Source: Spironucleus salmonicida
Lineage: Eukaryota
Reading direction: 5' to 3'
Length of the DNA: 64,000 bases
Assembly (NCBI RefSeq): GCF_000497125.1
Contig: NC_090603.1
Location: forward strand, 806,001-870,000
The notes beneath the pieces were generated by a model. It did no database searches. It was given only the letters and a program-made list of their open reading frames with translations, and was not told where the DNA came from. Below, piece after piece: positions 36,340 through 48,400 of this stretch. A program made the translations under genes and the position numbers. Positions within the stretch are counted from its first letter, which is position 1. The number at the start of each line of letters is the position of its first letter.

Positions 36340-36386
36340 TGGGATACGATGGCGGAATATATATAATAATCCTGAAGACCGCAACA

Positions 36387-36851
36387 ATGCGGTTGTCGAC
36401 GCCGCAGCTCACGAAGCACCTGGACCTCAAGCTGTGCTCGGAGCACACCTGCTTCCACCTCACCATCCAGCTGCTGCCTTCGCCCGACGAGACACAGCTG
36501 CAGGCGATCAAGCTGCTGCGCCGGGTCTGCTGCCCCACGCTGGTCGGCGTGAAGAGGCTCAAGCCGCAGCTGCTGAACACCTACGTCCAGCCAGTCTTCA
36601 CGGACCTCTACGCGCAGTTCGGCTGCCCCTCCGAGGACGCCCCCGAGGTCCAGTTCCAGGGGGCCGTTCGCACCGCGGCGAGTGGCGTGTACTGTATATC
36701 GGGCGCCAGCGAGTTCGTGGTGGCGTTTGCGGAGCTCCCGCTGCGGGACCTCGTGCAGTGTGGCACCGTCGCCGCCGGGATGGAGGAGCTTCAGCGCCTG
36801 GGGCAGCTGGACGGCAAGAACGAGGCGTGCGAGGTGGTGCAGGTCGAGTGA
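36387..36851 (+). CDS. Hypothetical protein, 154 aa (IR2 copy)
   Basis: Mirror of 25620-26084. Confidence 0.65.
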   Translation: MRLSTPQLTKHLDLKLCSEHTCFHLTIQLLPSPDETQLQAIKLLRRVCCPTLVGVKRLKPQLLNTYVQPVFTDLYAQFGCPSEDAPEVQFQGAVRTAASGVYCISGASEFVVAFAELPLRDLVQCGTVAAGMEELQRLGQLDGKNEACEVVQVE

Positions 36852-36859
36852 GGAATTGG

Positions 36860-37354
36860 TCACTGCAGCATCTGCTCCAGACCCCGGATGCCCAGGCGAT
36901 GCCCCCCGCGCACCAGGCGCATGATCTCGCGCAGGCTGCCGAACTGCTCCAGGAGGTGCTGGCCCTGCACCGGGCCCACACCCGGGATGGCCGTGATGCG
37001 GTCCAGCTCCCGATACACGGGCCTCCTGCCCAGCTCCCGCTCGGCCTGGGCAGCGCTCGCGGGCGCCAGCTCCACCCCGGCTGCGAGGAGCAGGGCGCCG
37101 ACGGCGGTCCCGAAGTCGTCGGAAACTATCAGGTCGGCCTCCAGCGACTGCGAGATGTGGGACACAGCGACCCAGCGGCCCGCCTCGACCGGCCGGCGGA
37201 AGAAGAGGCGCGGCTACAGCGGGCCGGCGTCGAAGAAGGAGCGCTGCAGGCAGTAGTAGGAGAGGGGGTGCGGCACGACCCCAGCCAGGCCGAAGCGCCG
37301 GATCAGGTAGGCCGCCTTGCCTGCCTCCGCTTCGGGCACGACCAGAGTGCTCAT
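36860..37354 (-). CDS. ERCC1/FAAP24-like HhH protein, 164 aa (IR2 copy)
   Basis: Mirror of 25117-25611. Confidence 0.65.
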
Positions 37355-37370
37355 GTGGAGTGGAATTACC

Positions 37371-37787
37371 TCACTCGGCCGGGACCGTGAGGGCGACGCC
37401 GAGGACGGCCAGCATCACGGCGGAGAAGGCCAGTGCGACCCCCGACACCACCCCCGCGATGCTCCCCGCGCCCTGGAGCACCAGCACGAAGGCCCAGGCG
37501 AGGGCAAGCACGGCGCCGTAGGCGGGCCCCTTGAGGCAGTTGGTGGGGAGGGTCTGCTGCCCGCCGGGCCGGGTGCGCACCGCGAGCACCGAGCAGTACA
37601 GGGACACGCCGGCTGCGACCGCGTCGATCGCGAGGTAGCAGCAGGGGATCGCGTAGAGCGAGAGCGGGGCCTCCCCGGCGCGGAAGGCGGCCGTGAGGGT
37701 CTGGTACGTGAAGAGCATGAGAGCGTTCTGCAGCAGCAGGGTCTGCACGCGGCTCTGGGAGACCACGTCGCGGTGCTGGGCGTCCAT
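37371..37787 (-). CDS. Multi-pass membrane protein, 138 aa (IR2 copy)
   Basis: Mirror of 24684-25100. Confidence 0.65.
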   Translation of the reverse strand: MDAQHRDVVSQSRVQTLLLQNALMLFTYQTLTAAFRAGEAPLSLYAIPCCYLAIDAVAAGVSLYCSVLAVRTRPGGQQTLPTNCLKGPAYGAVLALAWAFVLVLQGAGSIAGVVSGVALAFSAVMLAVLGVALTVPAE

Positions 37788-37918
37788 GCGGAGCGGGCCC
37801 TACAAACCCCGGAGTGGTCCGGAGGAATACCCGGATGGCAGAAACATCCCGGAGTCATTCCTATTTCTAGGATACACCATTCCGCACAAACCCACCACAT
37901 CCGATTCCCCCGCCCACA

Positions 37919-38371
37919 ATGAACGCCAGCACCGGCACCCCGAGGCTCTCCATCCCGTCGAGGATCCCGGCCTTCTGGAGCACTGAGCAGCTCGTGGAGC
38001 TCAATGGCTCGCTCGAGGCCCAGAACAGGCTCCTCGAGGCCAGGCTCGCCGACCTCCACGCCGGCCAGGGCCCCTCCGCAGAGAAAGCGTAGAGCGACTT
38101 AAAGCACATTTCACTTCTAATCTCGAAACTTCTAGCGGAGAATAAGGATATTCAAAGTTCATTACAGAGATCCACTACTTGTAATTCGTCGACTGAGACA
38201 CAGTATTTTGACGAAATAGCTTAGTAGGTCGTGGATGAAAAACTTGAATAACTAGAAGCGTAAAATCTGATGTATTACTTTTAACAATAAAGCGATAATC
38301 GTAGAGTTTAAAAATATGTTGATTAATAGAAATAGTGTATTTAGCAGTTGCAACAGAAGCTTAATATATGA
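37919..38371 (+). CDS. Coiled-coil protein, 150 aa, paralog B (first half inside IR2)
   Basis: Open frame across the arm edge at 38143. Confidence 0.75.
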
Positions 38372-38797
38372 CCTAAGTTTTGTTAAAAGTGATATGTATT
38401 AAATTATATATTACTAGAGTTTAAAAATATAAGTATAAAGTATACTCATGTTTCCATGTTTGTCTTGATACATAGTTGGTTCTGTTGATAAAAATAAAAT
38501 TTGATTATGATTCTTATTAGAAAATATGACTTTTAGAAATTGAATTAATACGAAGTTATGTTTCAAATTTCTTATTTTAGCGCTAATATGTCAAATAGAT
38601 TATTACCAATATAGTAGGACCGTATTAAAGTCACTATAAAATCGGTTTTTGTAAATACAAAATTATATATTATGTATAATTTTACTATTATTTCTCAAAA
38701 ATTAAACAAGATTAGTAATATTATATGACTTTATAAAAAATTATTTATATAAACTCCTTTCCTATACCGCCCCTTTCCATAAATTCCATTTTTTTAA

Positions 38798-39301
38798 ATG
38801 ATTAAATCTAAGCTCACTGCGTAAGAAATAGAGATGTATTTGTTATCTTTACGTAATTACTTTTAAAAGTAACATAGCTTATCATATCTACCAACTGATA
38901 CTGAAGCATATAAGCTTTATCGGTCTTCCCCTTCAAAAAGATTATGGGGAGATATTGCTTAAATGACAAACATAGATCGAACCAAAGTATATAAACATTA
39001 TTCATTCACTTATACAAGAAAGTTTCACCCTGATATTTCTGGAGAGATTCAAAATAGTTTAAATCTACTGATTGAAAATAATGGTAATATCACTCAATTT
39101 GAGAAATAGAATGATTTGCATCATGATGTATTGGACTAATATATAAGATACTACAAGAGAAAGCATAATAAATCTAGGACACCTCAAAATTCTCCAGTTT
39201 AATTAGCATTGAAAAATTGTAAATCTGAAGAGATGAGGGCATTGATTTTAGCGGTATATTAAATGGAAGAACCTGCATTATAGTAACTTCTATTAGAGTG
39301 A
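38798..39301 (+). CDS. Possible Myb/SANT-like protein, 167 aa
   Basis: LWGDIAQMTNIDRTKVYKHY helix-turn-helix-like segment; C-rich tract upstream; ends GAGTGA. Confidence 0.6.
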
Positions 39302-39403
39302 TTTTGGTGTGTTTTACATACAAGTATAGTATTATTATATCTGCACATTTTAGTGCATAAAAAGATAACAAATTTGTCATTATAAGATGAATAAAACATA
39401 TTC

Positions 39404-42400
39404 TCACTCTTTTTGAGTCATAACTTCCTTTTCTGTATATTATAAATAATTAGTACTCGATATCATGGCTGCTAAAAACTTTTTTTATTATAATAAGATA
39501 AGTACACTATTTCGCATTTCTTCTAACATATTACTTTACAATTTGTTATGTATTATAATCTAATCTGCTTGATTTAGTCTATTTTTAATCTCTCTTATTA
39601 GTGAATCTGAATGATTAACTGATTGGAATGTCTCAAAAATTTGACAAAACATCTGCATATTAATGTCTCTACCATTTGTTAGGATTTCAATTAAATTTAT
39701 AGTCACCTAAGGGAAAATTTTACTTAATATTTAATGTGCTAGGTTAATGGAAATATTATCCTGATTCGTAGAATTTTTAAATAATTTAATTATTTGTTAA
39801 GAACTAGATGTTCGTTTTTCGGAAAAATATGCTACAAGTATTAAAAGCGAGAAATGAATAGAATTTGTAGACTTTGATGAAAACACTGAGAATGACTTTT
39901 AATCATTAATAAATAATTATTTTGATTTTTGGATTATTTAATGCTTATCCAATACCTATGGTTTTGTTGCTTGCATAAGTGTTAACGTGGCAGGGTTAAT
40001 ATTATCTAAATCATACAGGTTTCTACAATATTTATAGTAAATAAGAGTATCAATATCTAATATATTAGCTAAAAATAATCTGAATATTTCTATTTCATGA
40101 TAATAGTTTGACTATTATTAGATCCAATAACTTGTATTAACAATGATTAACCAAAGGAAACGACTGGCAAGTTTTTTAATTCCAAATTTATCTAGTATGT
40201 ATTTTGCTAAAAATTTAGAGAATGTAAAATCTGAATTTTTCTAGTTCAAGTTATATATAATATGGTAATCTAGTTCAAAAAACATTTATCGTATGAATTT
40301 TATAATCCACTATTCTGGTTTAATTTAAATATCTGGCGGAAGCTAAACAAACGAAACATTTTTATCCGAATCAAACTGTAAAACTTTAGTCATCTGCTTC
40401 TAGGCACATAAATTTAAATCGATTATTTCTTTAAGTGAATCAAATTTACAAATATATGTAACTGAATCATTAATATCTAATTTTTAGATTGTGCGCACTT
40501 ACTCAAAACTAAGCTAAGAAATGGTAATGTTAGCGGTAATAAGATTTTAAATATTATTATCCATTATCATAGAATCAAAAGATGAAATGATCTATAAATT
40601 TTTAATAACTTTTGACAACGTAAAAATATTCTTCATTATTTATTCCTTAAACATAGAAGTTTATTATAGTAATTTAATTTATTTTTAGTTTTATTGATAA
40701 GTTTAATTTTAAACAAACATATCCATTTGGTTACTCATCATCTTAACTGCCTCTGTGCCTTCATATCTATCAACTCTTTATTTTTATGAAGAAGCAATTT
40801 GATCATATTTAACTAATTTCTAAACTTCCCTTTATTTGTTTATTAATTTTTTCAACTACCGTCGATAATTTAGAGCTGCTTCATATGGTGATATAAATCT
40901 ATTATTTTCTAATTAATAAGTAGTAGGTTTAGGTGCTTTTTCAAGATTAATTTTAAATTAAATATTTTTATATTATTGTTTATCAAAAATTTGTTGTTTT
41001 AAATCTTATAATTATTTTTTAGAATAAGAAATCAAAACTGAGCAGTCTGGTTCAGCTTAGTCTGTAGTTTTATAGATATTTCTTTTCATATTATATTGCA
41101 GACTACGCTCGTAATCAAGTGACTGGGGTTTGTTTTATGCAATTAGTTATTCGTGTTCTAATAGCTTATTTGGAGATTAAGATTTTTTAATGACAAACTA
41201 AGGAGAATCTACGTCATAATATTTATTAGTATTTTATTGTCTTTAAATGTCTAATTCTTGAATTGCCTAAAGCTTTATTTCATAATCCTATTCTAAAAAT
41301 TTTTTCTCTTAGTCCCTTTCTAGCTTAACCTTTTCTGCTTCTTTTTATAATTTAAGTTCAAATTCTTAATATGCTATATCTTGCTTATTTTTAATAACGT
41401 CCTATTACTATTTCTTTAACTTTATAATATCGATTATAGGCTTTTTAGTGATTTAGTTATCTTTTTGATAATCTTTAATTAATTATTATTTCTATAATGC
41501 TTCTTATTACACTTTTTCTATTTTTAGCTCAATTGAACTCTTCTCAGTTCTAATTTTCTATTCCAACGGTTTAACATATTGAGGCGTAACAGGTTTTATA
41601 TCTTAAACATCATAATCAGCAGACTCAAACTCAATCTATTCTTCAAATTCTACGTTGGTATCCATAAAATGATCAGTATTAATAAATATTTCAGTTTCTA
41701 TACTGGGCAATCTTTATTTTATACCAGCTTTAATTTACTACTCGATTTTTGCTCTTTATGTATCAATTGGATCTTAGTTTGGAAATAGTTATGTTGCATT
41801 TAATTTAACAACGGTTATATCATCTAATTTATCTTACTTTTATAGTAAAAGTTTTGCATCTAAATTATCAAACTATGGTTTATTAATTTATATTAATAGA
41901 CCTTTGATACTTTTTTCTTCTTCTTATAGTGATACTTACTACTATACTGCTGAAGACTAGAAATTAGGAGAAGAATCTTGCAATCGTGATGAAGATTTTA
42001 ATAGTTTTGATACCTTTTTGGATAACTTAGCTTATAGTTAGAATGGGTCAACATATTAAGTTTCGATATTAACACCTTATATACTGACTTGAATTCCTGA
42101 AGATTTTACTTCTGAAAATATTTATTATTTATATGGTTCATATTAAAGATTACCAGGCTAATTATTATTTTAAAGTTTCAATCGTTCTATTTCTTATTTC
42201 AATTTATCTTATTCATTCTTTTATTTTATAAAAGATTACATTAAGGAATTCTTCAGATTATTCGATGAGTTAGTATTAGTAAGTACTGCCTGTTCATCAA
42301 TTTTTTCTCCTCTAAGTTCATATTACAACACATCTTCTTCTTAAATATTAAGTTCATCTAATAATTATTATTAACATCTAACACATAATTATGTTACAAT

Positions 42401-45391
42401 ATGCTCTGTATTTTCAGTATCAATAGGAATAAAAGTAGTTTGTTATTGTTCATCTTACTATTATTTTTGATTCATTTCTGATAATAATTCGCAGATATCT
42501 GTTTACACTTCTGTTGTTATGATTACAGGAGGTATTGAGGCTTACAATAATTAGCTAGGATCTTTTTTAGCAATAGCTAAAATTAAATTTCGCATCTCAT
42601 AAGGACAACTATCAATATTAAATTAAGACGTTGCAGGCTTCTAACTATAACTATTTGATTAATTTTTATCGTTTCTAGACTTAGTTATAGGAGTATTTGT
42701 TTTAGATAGTGGTTTATTAATATTTAAGTTCGACGTAGAAGTATTAGAATTGAGTTTATTAGAATTACTATATGAACTATTTTATTAGTCAGTTTATTAA
42801 CTATTAGCTACATCTTAAGATAAGTGTTGTTATTATTCATTAAGTTAAATAATAAGTAAAACTGGTTCCGTTTATACTTCAGTATTACTGAACACCCCAA
42901 TAAAATTTTCTAAATTAAGTATATTATCAGGATCTTTGCTATCATTATTAATAAATGACATTTATTAACTATCAATAACTGGTCTATCACCTAATGACGT
43001 TGCTAAATCGCCAGCTTGATTTTGATGCAGTGATGATTGTGATTATGAAATAGAACCAGATCTACCTACAGATATATTGATTCTATCTTAGATAATTATA
43101 CCAGTATTAATTTGAACTCCAAAGTCAACTCCTTAAACTTAGCTAGTATTAATCTATGAGTTAGACTAATTTTTAGTTAAATTTGTGCTAGAATTCTTAC
43201 CAGATTTATTATCTTTTAGTTATGGTGGCAGGCCTTATTTTTTACCACTTTTTAATGTCGTATCTTTTGTAGACTATTTTGCTGACACATTTTCTAGGAT
43301 ATTTTAAGGCTAATTCTAAATTATTAATTCACACTAAATAGTAGCATCAGTATATGTTACAACTTATTTAGAATTTGCAATATGTTCCACTGTATCCATG
43401 TTCCTTGAGGTTGACAGTCTATTAGTTTTAATTTTATTAGAAGAAGATCTAGTAGTCATAATTTCTGGGGATGTCCTAAGATCAGGCAAAAGAGATTTTG
43501 TAAAATTTTCAAGGTTGATTCTATCAATATCTGGTATATCCTCAAATGATGTAACTGTTTTAATTAATTATGAATTTGCTGCTTATAAAAGGTGTGATAC
43601 CAATTGTTTTCGATCTATATCTTATGATTCATCATTGGCTTTAAGTAATTCATCCTAAAATTGTTTTGCCACTGTTTTCATAGAATTTACAACATGAGTA
43701 TAAATGTTAAATTTGTTTTCATTCTTTTTCATCAACAATAAATTTTACTATTTAAGGTCGTTTATTAATAACAATAAATCCCCTTATGAATCTGAGCTCA
43801 TTTTCCTTGAATTGTGAATAAGTTAGTCTAAATCCATTACAGTTTTCTAAATTTAATCTTATTTAGCTTTCAATTTTTATAAATCAGTTTCCATCTTTAA
43901 TTATGTATACATATTTTTATATTTTTAATACTTTTATGCTAATAGTTAATCCCTAGCTTTTAAATCATTAAGAACATTAACTGATACATAATTTTCTTGT
44001 AAAGATTACTTAAGTTCAATAATCATTGGATTATTTGTAAACTTTGAAAATATTTAATCAAACTCCAAATTTTATGATTCAAATATTTGTTAAACTTATT
44101 CTTCTTCTTATTCTGATAATTCAGTAAGGTTAATTTATTTTTCTTATTTTCTAGCTATATCAAATAACTTACTGGGCTATTCTTCTAATTCTTAAAAATC
44201 TCCAATTTTGAAAAAATTATGATGATCATCATAGAATTATATAACTTAAACAGAAGCATTTCTTGATTATCCTTTAACATTATCTAATTACTACTATTAT
44301 TATTCTAAGCTCGATACAGAAGTATCTCTCTTCAAAAAAGACATTTATCGAGATAAGTTTGAAGAAGAGAATTGAGATTCATTAACTTATCTAGCTAATC
44401 CAGAATTTTTAGACTTCTACTACTGCAAAGTATAAATTTATTACTATTAAAATTAAATTTATCCATTTTATGAATTAAGTTAAGAATCCTTTTTAGAAAT
44501 ATTTAGTTATAAATCATTTATTTATAATTAAAGTTCTAAAATTTAGTTTTATAATACTTAAACTTATTCTATTCTTTTTGTATCCTGAGTTTTTCTTTTG
44601 TCAACTTCAACCTGGATCTAGTTTTCCAGAGAGAGGTGCATTTTTAAATTTTTTTAGATTGTTTCATTTAATTGAATTATCTTAATATCTCTTGACGAAA
44701 GTTCTGCATTTGCATTTTCTAGCTTACTTCTAATCATTGTCATATCTCCCACTAATTGGGTTTATCTCTGAGCAGATTTATTAAATTATTATTTGGAATG
44801 CTATGTATCTTATTAAATTTGTATCTTTTCTTATTAAAGCTTGTTTATCTAATCAACATAACCATTTTATTCTTTAAGTAAACTTTCATAGTCCAATTAA
44901 ACTTTATATAATTCATCTTCAGCAGATACAAGTCTAAATTTATATAAGTCAGATTCTGCTTTAAAAAACTCTTTCTTAGCTACAGCTTCTTCTAAATCAT
45001 TTTAAATAACTTTCATTTCCTCAGAGAGCGAAGATACATTATCTTTAAGCTAAATAATCTCTTTTGGCCTCAATTTATCATCAGTAACTAAAAAATCAAT
45101 AACCTAGGACACAATTAATGTTGCTTATGAGTCATACTATTCTAACGAGTTTAGAGCTTATGCTGCTGCATTAACATAAAGCTCTATACCAGATACACCC
45201 TCAGATTGCTATAAATTAAAGATATTATTTGATTATTCTAAAAATGTAAGGAATGTTTAGGTTTTGGTATCATTATGGAGTTTGTCAGAAAATAATTATC
45301 GATACTGAGATGATTATGTCCGGAGACTTCGCCCATCTTCAGCGCGAGACTGTAGCCTCGACACAGACTATGAATTTTACGTGATTTCCAT
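39404..45391 (-). CDS. Large coiled-coil protein, 1995 aa, paralog of 45483-50906
   Basis: Scanned line by line with no in-frame TGA; ends GAGTGA; shares N- and C-terminal blocks with its neighbour. Confidence 0.85.
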
Positions 45392-45482
45392 TTTTATTAT
45401 GTGAATAATTATAGTATAATAGTTTGACAATACAATTATCAATTTATCATTTATTATCATTTAATACATCATATATGAAAAA

Positions 45483-48400
45483 ATGCCAAATGAGGTACCT
45501 TCGCGTCTAACTTTACTATCAACCAAAATGAAACCATAACAACTCCAATATAAGTCACAAGTTATTTCTGATACAAATTTCATAGTGCATCATCACACTT
45601 TCTAAAAGTTTCTGGAAAATGACCATAACATCCAGAACCTATAACTTAAGTAGGCAGATGGCGCTCCAGATTTATATATTCGTGCAGCAATAGATGCTTT
45701 AAATTCGATCTAAAAAATCGATCCTACAGCATGCAAAGTTGTCAGATAAGTGCTCGACTTCTTCTTGACAGATTCGAAAATTAAGCCAAAGGAACTAGAT
45801 CAAGCGGTTGAGAATTTACAGCAACTACAATTGATCAAAACTGACTTAGAAAATGCACTTGAAGATGCTACCTACCAGTTAAATTTTGCGAAAGAAGAAA
45901 CAGACATATTCAAAACAAAACTCGTACAATCAGATGAAGACTTATCGCTTTATCAGTAGAAATGTCATAAACTTGATCGTGAATTAACAGAAGCAGAAAA
46001 ACGAATTGTTTACCTCGAAAATTTTTTGAAAACAGAAAGGAAAGACGGTGTGTTTAGCCGTTTGCGTAAAAATGAGGCTATGTATCGCCAGAACGATTTG
46101 ATTGCAAAGCAGATCGACTTGTAGACAGTTTTAGAAAAAGTTAAATTGAAACTGAAAAATGAGGAAACGAAAACGTAAGATTTAATTATAAAAAACCGCG
46201 ATTTGCTAATTGAAATGGATTTAATCGTTTAAGAAAATGAGAAAATTAAAGCTGATACTAAACATGTACTGATTATTAGCGAATAACAATGCAATAAACT
46301 AGAAAGTCAAAATGGAAAGTAAAAGTACAAAATTATGTAATTAAATAATGAAGTCTAGAGGATGGAAGAGGTTATTCGCAAATTTAAACATCAAAATTAA
46401 GTTTTATTTAATAGAATTAGCGCTGGATGTGAAAATTAGAATTACAAGATACTAAGCACTCACGCTAACAGCGGAGATAATCGTTTGAATTAGTTTGATA
46501 TTGAAGAAGATATGGTACAAATTGGTTGTCAAAACCAGTTCATTCAAACGTCGTATTTGCGTAAAAAAGTTAATAAGAATTTTGAGGATATTTTAGTCGA
46601 TCCAGAGTTGCTTGATGCTGGAGTATTCGCTGACTTATTGATCTAGGATCTTTCTGAGGTTTCAGAAGATGATTATTGCTAGATTTTGAAAATTATTGAA
46701 ACTGAGGTTCAGACATAACTGTAGAATTAAGAATAAGAATATTATGGAAAAGTTGATCTTGAACTGGTAAAATACTTAAAGAAATAGTAATATATTGAAG
46801 ATTTGACATTTTAGCAGATATTGGAGGAGTAGACTGATCGTACGGAAAAATCGGTAATATAAATTGTGGATTTTTTAAAAACCAAAGCTTGCTCAATTGC
46901 AAGAATAACCAGGCATGTTAATTTCGAAAAATCCTTAATTAAGAAGTATCGAAAGTATAAGTTTTAATATAATATGTAGTCGTTGTAAATTGAGTATTTG
47001 TAAAAGTAGGTTAAGTGCGAGGAGATTTAATAGGTTATTTTAAATTTAGATAAGATACTAAAGCATACATTAACACAGACAAAAGGATAACAGATCGAAG
47101 GAACGTATTTAGAAAATACATTATAATAGGTTGAAGATATGAAAAAAAACTTGTTTGGAAAATTATAAGAAGCGGATTAAAATGAATTATAATACATGAA
47201 GTTATTGACTTAAGCAAGAACAATTACTGGATAAATCTAATAAGTTATCGATGTTTCAAATAGTAAAACTAGTAGAAATATTTCTTAACTTGATATGAAT
47301 TAGTTTAGCTATAGTGAAACAATAACTGAGGACTCGTTTGATGGACCTAGGTCGATAATTTAAGTTACTAAAAAGCTTGGTATAGCTAAAAAATAATCAT
47401 ATAAGCCGGTTAAATTTTAGGATTTCATTAAGTAAGTATAACCAGATCTAGTGTTACTGAAGAAGAAAGTTGATGAAGGTTATAGTTTCTCAGATGATTA
47501 TGAAGAATTGATAACATAAGTTCCAAAGCTAAATTTAATGGGTCAGTCTTTGCAGAAATTACAAATATCTTCTTAAATTAAATTAAATTCATCTAGGGAA
47601 TCTATGACGTTGAATTCTAAAGCAATATTAGGATCTTCTGTTAAATAGAAATAAAGTTCACGTTGTAAAGAAAAATCTGGAGATCCATAATTATCCACTT
47701 AGGTAAAAAGTATAAAATTAGTTAATCAGGAAATTTAAACAATACAAGTAAGTATCTCTTAGTAAGTCAATAGTTATAACTAATCCAATAATAAATAACA
47801 AAATAGTGATTAGCTAAAATAGAAATAAAAACACTCTGCACCAGAATAATCTAAGAAACAAGTGGTTACTGATAAGTAAACAACATAGATAACATAAGAT
47901 TAGTAGCTTATTACAACTTAATTGGTTGGTAACAGACAAAAATAGTAAATTTAAGTAAAAAATTTAGAAGTACTATAAGAACCAGACTATATGGTATAAT
48001 AGTCAAATTATATAGAGTAATAATCGTTTGAACATATGTAAATAGCGATGACAGATTGTTCAACATAATTATTCATTGACATGTCTGACAAAGAAACTTA
48101 ATTTAATATTATATTAAAGAATCTAGATCATGAGAACACTCCTATAGTATTATTAGATTAATTACAATAAACCGATTAAATTATTTTAGTTAATCAAGAT
48201 ATTTAGGTAATTGAAGAAACATTTGAGTAGAATATTATAACAAGCGAAGAAACACAGGTAGTTGATCAATTTATTAGCGAAGTCAATTAAGATAATATAA
48301 TATCTATTGGTGTGTAAATATCTCAAAAATGTTAAATGTGTAAGTAATATATTATCAAATAGTAAGAATCATTAAATTTAATCAATAATAAATAACATGT

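Larger units (their letters stand above)
36278..38143. repeat. IR2 right arm
   Basis: Reverse complement of 24328-26193. Confidence 0.97.

Noticed and set aside
24328-38143. Inverted repeats as a pure assembly artefact
   Set aside because: The arms differ by substitutions, and homologous but diverged coding sequence continues past the outer edge in both copies. Long-read confirmation is still advisable.
38814-39008. Minus-strand TGA-ATG junction as selenocysteine or read-through
   Set aside because: The upstream minus frame closes again at 39090; the better-supported gene is on the plus strand (38798-39301).
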